Origin: Pocillopora damicornis | Lineage: Eukaryota | Length of the DNA stretch: 64,000 nt | NCBI RefSeq assembly: GCF_003704095.1 | Contig: NW_020845300.1 | Location: 558,001-622,000, forward strand | Direction: 5' to 3' | In this document: piece by piece, positions 12,001 to 23,900 of the stretch | How positions within the stretch are numbered: the stretch's first letter is position 1 | Layout of the letters: each line of letters begins with the position of its first letter | Translations under genes and position numbers: made by a program | Notes under the pieces: generated by a model | What the model was told of the DNA's origin: nothing | Seen by the model: the letters and a program-made list of their open reading frames with translations, nothing else | Database searches by the model: none

Positions 12001-15000
12001 GAATGATAGACTAATTTTTTTCTCAGCCAAGCTTTGAAGTTAGTCTTGAAAACCTTTAGTTTTGTTCTGCTGCGCGTTCTTGATGAAGTTAAACAGAGAG
12101 CCATGGTTGTACTCACCTCCAGTACGGAAGTAACAATAGTGAAGAGCGACTCTTCTGACGGAGCCGGTAAACGGAATACAGCAAAATGGCGCTGCAAGAC
12201 AAGTTAATGTAAGTTAACAAGTAAAAAAAAGCTCACCAGAAAAAGTAAGCATGTCTAAGGTACAAGGGTAAAGATCAACAGGAGGTAAAAATGGCGTGCA
12301 AAGGAAATAATACCTCCTTACTAGAGAGATTTTTATCGATGTTGTAAAATCGTTATCATACACACCTTTAGTCTCTCAGGAATTTGCTCGCTGGTGACCA
12401 GTTCTGACTGCATGTTCATAGCCGCCGTAACGACGACACCCTCTAAAACACGACGGTCAAAAGGCTTTTTGGTGTTGAACAGGACTTTTTCATCGAGAAC
12501 TTGTCGTAACAACTAATACATACAAGAGACAAGAAACCACATGTCATAGAGTGGAGTCAAAATATTTCAGGTTTTGTGGAAAGTCATCGATCCACAAAAA
12601 ATCAGTTATTATAAATAATAAACTGCGACATCGACGGTCTTAAGTCATGTCTAGATTCAGAGGTTTCGATAAAAGCCGGTTACTGACAGTCTACTACCGC
12701 CTATAAGACCTCTTAACCTTTCATTCCTAAAATCTCACTAGTAGTTCCCCATTACTGTCTGCACTACAATTCATGTGAAATAAGTTTGGAGAATTTGGTA
12801 CTGGATCAACTAATAATCCCCTAACTGATTTTTTCTTAATTCCCATCTCTTGTCTTCATGAAGTTATATCGAAATTGTAAGGCGAAATTCTGTCTTGGTC
12901 ACTCATGGGAGCTGAACGGTCAACGCTTAACGCTCATCGGTCACCGCTGACTGATTAGCCTGCGAGCAGGCTCTCCTGTCTGGGATGCGCCTTAGGCACC
13001 ACTTATGGGAAAAGTTAATGAAGCCCCTGCAGATTCACTCCTTAAGGAACCATCGATCTTGAAGCTGCTCTGCATATTTCTCAAAAGGTTAGAAAATCTG
13101 CACATATTAAGTTTATTTCTTTATAAATGTTAGGCTGTTTAAACAGAGAATCGCAAAAATCAGTTCCCAGCTGAAATCTGGTACATTGCTGGTCGCAACA
13201 CTTTGTTCGCGAAAACACAAAAAATCGACATTCCGCAAAATTTTTTATGCCTCACGGTATATTCCAAGCGCATTTCAGTCGCAAAGATAAGATCAAGAGG
13301 AAAAAGATGCAAGGTTAAACTCACCTCGTTGACCTCCTGAGTTCCATATTGATCTCGCTGAGGAAGGCTAAGATCATCTATAAACATGTTGAGTATTTTT
13401 CCTTTCTTGGCACCATACACGAATCCTGTGTCACACAATAAGTAATGTCATCTAATTATGGGCTTATGGGAAATTATTTTTGTACTGCCCGAGTTTCGCC
13501 GCTCCGTGTGAAAAGTTGTTTACCTCCGTTTTAAAATTTTTAGTAAATAGATGAAATTGTGCCTCTGATAACTGATGTATCGATTGGCTTTTAAATGGTC
13601 TCTCCCGTGCCGTTTTCAAATCAATTTTAATATGTTTCAATGTGTTCAATCTTTCTTTTGCTAGTCCAACCGTTATCGTTATGGTCTCCATCACGTAGCT
13701 CTCTCAGAGGGAGAGGAAAAGTACATAAAGGAGGTAAAAATGGGAAAAGAAAAAATGATGATACAGTGTGGTAGGAAAATGCCCGAAAACACAAAACAGT
13801 GTCGTACAATAATATCCTCTCTCGAGTGGTTGTCTTGAAGAGAAGGAGTACGTTGTACTGAGAAGGGGTCTGGACCGACCCCAGGCTGTACGAAACTGCG
13901 CACTCGGTTAGTAACAGGTACTGGGGTTAACTCACCTTGTCTATGGTAAATGTTATGTTCAATAAAATGCTGTAATGAAGCAGCTCCCGAGGTTCCTGAA
14001 TATACATAGCGTTTTACAATTTGGTTCTTGTCCTCTGAAAAACAGTGGAATGGAAAAACATAAATCTATCAGGAAAGACCATGTCGTTGTAAAGCAATAT
14101 TGAGTCAAAATGTAATTTATTTAGCGTTTTATTATCCAGCCTAAAGAAAACGGGAAGTGCTGATTTTCATAACGATACATTGTTTTTGACGCTCACCTTG
14201 CTTGTCAAGGAAGTCGCTGATCAGTGATGTTTTTCCACATCCTGCAGGACCTGTCAGCAAAATGTTTCTGCCAGAAGCGCTGGCCAACTCCATGAACTGA
14301 CGTGTACGGATCTATATGAAAAAAAAAAAAAAATCCGGGAGCTTAACAAATTAAATAAAAGCCTCCGTGCAGAAATCGTTCATTCGCTTTGTTGTTTGAG
14401 CGTATGCGCTTCAACTGTGGGACTTTCTTAGTGTTTTTAAAATAGCTGCACATTGAAAAGGAATAATTAAAGAAAATGAAGAGGCAAGTTAAATTACAAT
14501 CAGTAAAGCTGAAAATGTGATAATATTTATGAGATGTGAGGACTTACTGTGTCAACTGTGTCCACGAATACCTCTCCGAGGAGATCTGCTGCATCAAAAT
14601 AGCTTACTTCTGGAACTCTTTATCGAAAAAGAAAAAAAAACCAAAAGTGAATACATTTACCTGGCTACATGGCTACGGGTATGTCGGTAACGATTGGTAA
14701 TTTAATTTCCCACAAATAATTGTTCAAGAGAGTGGCTCTGAATCGCTGTGACAAAACTCACCTTGACTGCCACGGGTCCCACTCTCCAGATTCATCAACA
14801 TAATAATCAAACACGGAGATTTCTTGATCATAATCTGGCAAGGCAGTTGTCAGGGACAGTAACAGCTCGCTGAACTTCTTCCTGTCTTGTTCATCCAAAA
14901 GGCCACCAAATGACCAAATAAGCGAGAACAAGTACAACCTCTCAATATGAAGCTCGCCACCAATGTCAGTGTTGCCCTAAAAAGAGGTGAGATCGAAACA

Positions 15001-17869
15001 TTTGATCATAAACAGAAACACAGCAACTTGCATTATTTTTTACGTTCACTAACATGACTCTGCAGTGCAAATTGATTAAGTTACTCTCCATTCTTCATTA
15101 TAGAACACAGACTGAATGGAGAAACAGCACGCATTTTTCCCAGCTTTTGGAATTTATGAACTCCAAAAAAGCAATTATACACCTTCACAAAAGTACTAGG
15201 GGAACACAGAGTTAAGAAAGATCGTAAACTCTTTTTTAGCCTGGCACTGCAAGCTCAGCAGTACCAACAGCAGGAAAGTCAACATAAGTCTCACGCTTAC
15301 CTCGATCAATGCCTTTAACAGTGCGAGACACGTGTTAAACAGCCCCACCTCGCAAACTTTCATGAATGGTCTACAAAAGAGAAAACAAATAGGATTACAA
15401 CCAGTAACGTAACAAACTCAGGAGAACTCTGATCGCGACTCAACAAGCAGAGCGACTTGGGGAGATATCGATACAAGCAAACATTTTGAAAGATTCCCGC
15501 TAGGTTTAGATTCCCTCGTTTTCACAAGATTAAGTTTGATCATTCTTCCCTTTTGCTACTCCTCCCTGATAAGAATCCAGGCCACCCCTACCCTCCCCAC
15601 CTCTTAGAAATGGATTATAAAGGCTGGCCCTCTGAGAAGGTAAAACAAAAGCTAACCTTGCTTCATAGTGAACAAACTGCGAGATGACATCAACGGTCTT
15701 GTTAAATGCTCGTTGCAGACACTAAGAAAGAGGAAGAAACAAGGCGTCAGCTTAAGAACTGTTCAAAGTTCTTCGCTATTATTCCCAAATTACAATAATT
15801 TCTTTGTTCGAATCGATCTTAGAAACGCGCTGTTTTTATTTGTTGATAATAAACACCTACATGGCTTTCTTGGGGAGATCTGTTTGCCAGCCAGGCTTCA
15901 GCCAAAGGTCTCCAGCCCAACACAGTCTCATCCATGTAGACCACACCCTAAGGTCACAAATGAAATTAAAAATAAAAACCAGAGTAAACAAGGACACACT
16001 TCAATGTTGTTTGTGTGAAGTGCTGCTTCAAGGAGGCTCGTTTGAGTGAAGGGCGTTTAAAGTTAAACATCGTAACTGGAAATGATAGGTATCTTAAGCC
16101 AATTTACTGCACTTTTTTTCAGGCGACCACAGCAATATCAACACTTGTATGATCAAGCATAGACGCTTTTTCCCGATGGGTCAACCTTGGCTCAGTGGCC
16201 ATCTCACTTTCGTCAGAGTGACTGGCGAAGGGCTAACGCTAATTTATCTTTATGTGTTATATTTGCACCCAGCGCACCAATAATGACGAGGAAGCGGTGA
16301 CTTGGAACTTCTGTTTGACAGAATGAAGCTGCAGTTTCAAGAATTCAAAACTGACTTCTTATAACAATTAGAGGAACAATTGAGACAAAACCATACTTAC
16401 ACATCTGGAGACAGTGGAAGGTGAAGCGTCTGTCAGATCATCTGTCTCAAAAATCAGTTTGACATATTCTGATAGATATAGCCTTTCACCGTTCAATAAG
16501 TTCAGATACTGAAACAACAAAAGGCACGGAGACAAAATCACAAACATTACCACTTTGAAAGTGCATCATTTTCGACAGAAGACAACATCCTTCAACGTGC
16601 TAGCGGCAATTAAACATAGTGCGCTGGCTTTCAACAACAATCCGCCCGTTTTATATGATTTCGCAAATTGACCACACGCACAGCGAGATGCGTGAAATCC
16701 TTTTTTCGGTAAACATGTTATAAACAGCAAAGGTGAAATTAAAAAAAATGATTGTAAAATAAACGGTTTTTTGAAATGATCTTAAGTCGTCTTACATAAC
16801 TGAAAAAAAAAAAATGAATGGCAAACTTTCCAGCAGTCATTTTACCCATTTCCCTTACATCTGGTGCCTTTAAGGAGAAACGAGCAGGGAGTTGAGGGGA
16901 GGAGAGGCAACAAATTACTAATGAGATATTGTGAGTGAAAAGGTTAAAAAAGACACATTGTGGTGCCTTGGATACGGGAAACGAATCTCATTTATGGCCA
17001 GTCCTGACAAAATCTACCCATTCTGCTACCCGTGCTTTAGAACCCATAAAAGCCGCGTTCTAACGAGTGAGGAAAGTTCTCTAGACATGTCATTACCTCT
17101 CCTTTATCCAACGCGCTGCTCAGAAACTCAGCCCATCCTTGATGCAAAGGAGCGTCTAAGCATAGCCAGGTCGTCATCTTATGCACACTATGGTCCTTGT
17201 TGGCCTTCCTGAAGTAAGCAGTGAAGATGCCATCCTCAAAATCTGAAGATGAGTTCACTTTACCAAACATCAGAGCTGGATCAGACACGGCTAATGGATT
17301 TATTCTCTGTAACTTGTGTGTATGCATCTGTGAACCTGTGTTCTTGTGTTTTGTCAGTGAACATTCACTGAGGGTCTCCACCAGTCCTGAGATACAGGAG
17401 GATTTGCCAGTACCGGGAGGTCCGGCGACAATGATTCCTAAGTGGTATAGGAATAGTGTGAGCAGAGAAAAAAACCTTAGATATGTTCTTTCCTAGTCAA
17501 TATGTCATTCGTAATCGTAACAGCTTGGTCTTTACCAACTTCAAATCGATAGCGAATTGAATTTGAATGTTACTTTATTGTTGAAGGAATTGGTCCAGGG
17601 AGACCGAAAAACATTTCAAAGATACGAAAACGCGACCCAAAAGTAAACTCCATTAATTTCTGACTCTATGTAGAAGACTGGTATTCTTGTTATAATGGTG
17701 TGAACCTAGCGCTGTCACCATTGTCAAATCCCCAATGCTCCGATAGCCTGCTCCAGGCGGCAAATTTGTGGAAACAAACGAAAAAGCGGGGACTGCGCCG
17801 CCTGCTCCGTGATTTGTCTCCACTGCACAATTGGTTGACAAAGGCTAATAGGTAAAGAGTTTCCGCTGG

Positions 17870-17900
<31 letters not shown>

Positions 17901-20900
17901 AAGGGAATGACAAAGAGCTAACGCTCGAAACGTCAGCTTTAGAAAGTCTTTACAGTGGCCAATTTCCATTATCATCTCAGTTGCTAAAACTACATCATCT
18001 TATAATTTCCCCCACCGACGCAGCATCACGGTTTCTCTAAAAACTCTAAGAACAGGTATATGTTGTACGCGAGATCAATAAAATGACCACCTAACAACAA
18101 TTTTAGGAAATAAATAACCTCGGTGAACTTTGGAGAGAGTCCACAGTTGATGTATCTTTGCAATCCAAGGCTGATGAGGGACAAAACCTTTCTCCCGTGT
18201 GTGCGCCAGGAGAACTGTCTCGAAATCTTGAACCACTTTGGTTATGTGGAATGCTGGGGCAGGAGGTTTAGGAAGACCATAGAAAACATCACGTAGAACC
18301 ATGTTAAATACGTTAAGTTCCTGAAGGTAAACGAGAGGCTTAAAATGAATGATAGGTTGACAAAGAATAAACCAATAAATAGGAAATTATGCACCCTATC
18401 GACAGTGAGAATTTCAACGAGTCAGTCTTAGGAAGTGTTCCCGTTGCAATTGGTAATAAGATTTACCTCTGAGAATACACGATGGATTGCTAAAGCCACA
18501 AACGTGAAGTTTTCTTCAACCACTACCACTTTGTAAAGATACAATAGTTACCTCGGGTGATAATCTTGGACCAATACAATCTTGCAGTGATTGTAAAACG
18601 AACGAATGCTCTAGTCTGGCAGCAGAAGTTAAAGCGGATGGAGTAGTAGGCTTTTTGTCTTTCTGACCAAACTGGCTTCCTCTGTCCTTTCCAGCTCCTG
18701 AGAAAAATTTAGACATCTATTCCATCATTTCCGTGATTATATTGTCTTCAAAAGCGTTCCAACATGCATATGAAAACAGCGAGACTAAATCCAGATTTAA
18801 TGATAAGCAGTCACCTACAGAAATACGCAAGTTTTTTTTTATTTCTAGGTCGCCGTTATTTGATAAAATAGTTTGTTCAACGGCCCATAGTCCTTTTTCA
18901 GGGGTGCCTGCCCAAAGCCGTCTCACTTGACTGAGCAAAATATGTCTTTCGCACAATAAGCTGATTAAAAGATGCAAACCAGAAAAAAAATAAACAAACA
19001 ACGCACTAAACAAGACAAACAAACACAACAAATCACATATAACATTTGAAAACATTCCGTAGGACTTCACTTCTGCCGAAAAACTTCGCAAAGGAGAGTG
19101 ACAACTTTTCAACATGATCCGCGCTTCACGCAACAGCATTTTGCGCCAAATCGTCTGTGTGTTTAACGCAAGGCCGTTTTACCGTCAGTTACGTTCTCTA
19201 CGACTGTTCTCGACCTTACTTACCAAACTGTGTGGCTACTGACTGCGTACTGGAGGGTCTCGCCAAATCAGCTTGCACGGCATTAAGTTTGCTTCCCAGA
19301 GGTCCCTGAGAGCTTTTCCTGTTGCCAGCATGTTGTATGACGCCCACAAAAGACGACAGGCTGAAGTTGTGGTGACTCTTTCCACTTCTGTCGAGGAAGG
19401 ATACACAGAAAACCAAACATGTGAAATATCTTTATGGAAAGTTATTCCGATTTCCACGCTCTCGTTCGTCAAGGGTATACATATGTCGTTGATCAACGGG
19501 CGCAAGCTGACGCAAGCACTAGCACATACTTTACTGCTACGCAACGTTGTTTCGGGTCCAGCGCTTTTATAGTCAAAATTATTTTCAACACGAAAGAAAC
19601 CATAAAAAATAAGTTTAGTGAGAAAAGTAAAGCCGAAAAGAGAAGAATTCAACGAAAAATGGAACGGGGATGGCTTGGGATGGACCAGATTAAAACAGAT
19701 TACCAACGACGAACTTGAGAATAAGACAAAACGAACAAGGATGGTTGAAAATAGAAGGGTAAGTGCTCTTCAGCTACAAGAATTATTCCCTTCCAAAAAT
19801 TCTTAAATCGGGGTCGCTTCTTTATTGAAGGGTCTGTTTTAATGTGGTGACTTACAGTTGCTCCTTGCAGACATCTGCGACAAGCTTGAGACGATCCGCT
19901 AAAATCTTGGGGGACTTAAAACCCTGCCCTGCGCAGTGAGCCCTCAGTATCAGAGATGTGTCTGGCATCACCATGGCAACAGAACGGAACAAAGCACGGA
20001 CCTCAGGCGGGAATTCATAATTGTGTCCATTGGAACAAATGGTGAGGAAAATGGAAAAGTTGGGTTTAACAGTGACCTGCCATTAAAGACAAAACAAAGA
20101 AAAAAAGCCGTTAATGGTAGCCCTTGAGTAGAAATAACGCTTAATTTTTGTCAGTATTTTCAATATACATAACTGCTGCTCTTCAACTTTGATCTGAAAT
20201 GTATTTTCTGAGATTCTAAACTTTTTTTTTTTATCATCATCAAAGCGAAACTCGGCTAGGGGGTCCTGTGCCAATTAGTTGTTCTTGTTTCATTTTGATG
20301 TCAAGTGAGCAAAGAACCCTTCAACACATAGCTACCATTACCGGCGGAACATTTCCCGATTTTGGTGACACGTGGCGATTAGAAATATCTAGGAAGGTCT
20401 GTCGGTTGCATCTTACCAGACGCATATAACCTAGAACTAGGTCATATGCCTCTGGTGTTACCTAACAGTTCCCTGATTGTTTGTTGTTAATATGCTTCTG
20501 GTGTTACCGAACAACAATTCCTCAGCTGTCCCTGATAGCTTTTTGTTAATATGCTTCTGGTGTTACCGAACAGAAATTTTTCAGCTTTCCCAGATAGTTT
20601 GTTGTTAATATGCTTCTGGTGTTACCTAACAGTAATTTCTCAGCTTTCCCTGATAGCTTTTTGTGCTTCTGGTGTTACCTAACAGCAGTACTTCAGCTTT
20701 CCCTGATAGCTTTTTGTTAATATACTTCTGGTGTTGCCTAACAGCAATTCCTCAGCTTTCCTTGAAAGCTTTTTGTTAATAGGCTTCTGGTGTTACCTAA
20801 CAGCAATTTTTCAGCTTCCCTGATAGTTTAGTGTTAATATGTTCCTGGTGTTACCTAATAGCATTTCTTCAACTTTCCCTGAAAGACTCTTGTTACTCTT

Positions 20901-23900
20901 TAACGCAAAAGGCGGAGAGAGGCCCTGTGACCGAGTGACTAAGGCCAGAGCTTGGACCAAGACTTCTCCACCTCGAGTCCAGCCCACTGCCCACTCTTAT
21001 CTAGCTATCCCTATTATCTACCACATTGCAGCAATTTTTATAATCACATACATCCTTTCCATCCTCCAAAGTGCAGGTAGAAAGTCCACCTCTCAAAGCG
21101 AGTAGCACAGCTTGGATCTCAAACAGCATAACTGAAAGACACTCCATGTTTATTTTATGGAACTCATCCATCAGACCCCAGCAACCTTCCTGCAACAGAA
21201 AAGACAGCAAGAATTAGGTCTTCAAGACAAAAAAAGAAAAAAAAAAAAAAGAAACCAAGAGCTCATAGATTTCTCACCTCTGCCAGACCTACAATAATCT
21301 TTCCTATCGCTGTTGAAGACATCTTTGGAGAACAACTCTGTGAGACCAGATAACGACCAAGCAAAGATGCTAGACCCTGTGGAAACAAACATACCATTCA
21401 ATAATGAATACTTGGGGAAAAAAAAGTTGCCGAACGTTCGTTTTTTAACCCACGACTTTCCAAATGGTACTTCAGATGTTCCTCAGGAGCACCTGATGCT
21501 AGTAACAAAAGGACAATTAGACAAGATGTAGATTCATGTGGCGAAGAAAGGAGAAAAGCAAGGGTAAGAGCAAGATTAAGGAGCAAAGCAACAACTGCAA
21601 GCAAAAATTACCTTTACTGTCTCAGTTTTTCCTGTTCCTGTTGGTCCAACAAGCGAACCCCCAAAGACATTCCATACGGCCTAAACATGATCAGAACAAA
21701 AAAGCGCTTTAATGAATCTACTTTCCCGAAGATCCTTTCCCCTTTATGTATTTTCATATATCGGTAAGCACACGAGGCTCACAAAAAGCCCCCACTTCAA
21801 CAAGCACATTTCGTCCCTCGGGAAAGCCCCAGATTACAACAAAGTCAGATATCTGCATTTTGCTCCCAAACCAAAACAGAAACAGTTCATTAACTATACA
21901 ATTGTTCCGCTGATCAACAAATCGCATTACCTGTGTCAAACTCAGAAAGCACCTCTCTGTTATGGGAGTAAGGGCGAGGGAAACATCGCAGCCGTAGAAT
22001 TCAAAGCCATAAGATAGCTGAGCGTCCAACATGTGAATATAAAGATCCTCATGCTCCTGAACACCAGCTGTAATCTTGGGAGGTTCCGAACTGGCAGCAC
22101 GACTAACGGCTCCTTCCAGTGAAGGCAATAATGTAAGTGAAGGTGACCTCCCTAAAGAGTAACGCATAGTCAATAACTGAATATTTTATAAGTAACAATT
22201 TTACAGTATCTACATTTTGAAAAATCGGGCTAAATGTTTTCGAGTTCGTTATTTTTTGATGCGTTTATTATTCTGTCTTTGGTGTCCTTCCATCATTTTG
22301 AGTTCATATCATGTGGTTTCTTTCAAGTTAAATGCTCTTTTTTTATCATATTCTAGAAGTATTTGTTTTATTTAAGTGCATGGTTAGTGTATATTCCTTT
22401 TGATACAGAAATGTCACTTCTACAGCTGTACGTGTAACTTCCAGAAAGTGGGTAGATGGTTGCCAATCTTCTTTTTATATTTTACATTTCATACGTTTTT
22501 TCTTCCTTCAAACTGTACAAATTAATACGAGTTTCAGAAGCGTTTTATGCGAAGTTGAAAGTTCTCTAAGCAACATAATAGGCTAAAGATTCACTAACCA
22601 GGTGCTCTGCTATTGTCTGTTCCATAGAACCTGATATTTCTCTTCCATTCAAAGTCCACTACATCTCTAAGCTTGCGCCTACCGAGGTCTTCGAGAACAT
22701 CTCTTAAGTACATTCCTTGCTGTGGAAAGTGAAGTTCTCATGAGGGACCGACTAGTATAGCTGCTTTAACTAGTTGCAGAGTCTGAAACAAATTGCGACT
22801 ATTGCTTCGCGTTTTGGGTGGGTGCTGGTGTATTTTTTACCCAAAGCATTTCGTATTCAACCCTTTAACTCTCATGAGTGACCGAGAGAGAATTTCTCCT
22901 TACAATATTAATACAGTATCAGGCAGACAAGTGAGGAGAATAAAGAAAACTCAATTAGGGGACTACAAGTTGATCCAATACCAAATTCTCCGAATTGGCG
23001 TCATGAGTATTTTATGGCAGAAAGTAGGGAGAATTAGTAATGAGATCTTGGGAGTGGAAGGGTTAAAGGGTTAAAGATCACGTGTGGAGGCAATGTAAGA
23101 GTGAAGAGTCTTCCTCGAGAAAACAAAACATACAACATGTAAATTATAACCCCGGCCTGGGCTCGAACCGTGACCTCTTCACCCCGAGTCTAGCAGGCTG
23201 TGACACTGGATCGTTGTGTATTCCAGTACCGTAATCCCACCAGTTGTAATGCTGGTGAGATTACGGTATTGATTGTGCATTAATTTTACTCACCGAGACC
23301 AAGGTCTCCAGTCGCAGTTTATGATAGGAAGTCATGGGAGAGTCAGTGTGTTTCCAAGAACCCCTGGCCAGGAGGTTTGGCAGCTTGCTGATAAGTGACC
23401 AAAACCGACGAGAGGCGTTGGGCATTGCTTTACGGTCAATACGAATATCTCCGATTCCCTAACAGAGAAAGACGTGCTATTAAGTAAAATTCATACATGG
23501 AAATAATTACAGCTGCTTTTCAAGTTGTTAGATAAACGTATACGAACCAATCCAATACTTATGCTTTATTTTGTAACAAACGACCAATTATTTTAAACAA
23601 CGCTATCTAACTGACAAACTTCGATTTGGCTTGAAATCCCCATATAAACCTGACACCAAGGCTAACTGATTCAGTCATCAAGATGGATTCTCAATAAACG
23701 CAGACCAATCATCTTCAATACCCCACGATAACTTAAGCGATATACTTTTAGACTATGTCATATCCTAAACGAATGCAGTTTATATAGCATAGGCACGTAC
23801 AACAGCACGTAGACACTTACAGCCTCACATTCCCTTGTCCAGATGTAAAGCAGTCCTAATCTACAGGTCTGTGAAGGATACTGGAAACAGAAAGTCATGT

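Larger units (their letters stand above)
7202..17437 (-). other. Dynein AAA2-AAA4 modules
   Basis: AAA2: GPPGTGKS, INPLAV, DGIFT, WLCLDAP, ASPSTVSRC. AAA3: GPAGCGKT, FIDDLSLP, AAMN, PTPGRCHYLFNLRE. AAA4: GNALLIGSIGTHLNSL, NSLLISGE, NLHIILC, YPGILYGC..DWP. Confidence 0.88.

Noticed and set aside
13855-13905. CTGAGAA-hairpin-GAAAC resembling a hammerhead ribozyme
   Set aside because: The core is not CUGANGA, and GAAA is not adjacent to the GGGGTC/GACCCC stem.
20444-20895. CRISPR-like appearance of regularly spaced repeats
   Set aside because: The intervening sequences are also repeated (no unique spacers), the context is a eukaryotic intron, and there are no cas genes.
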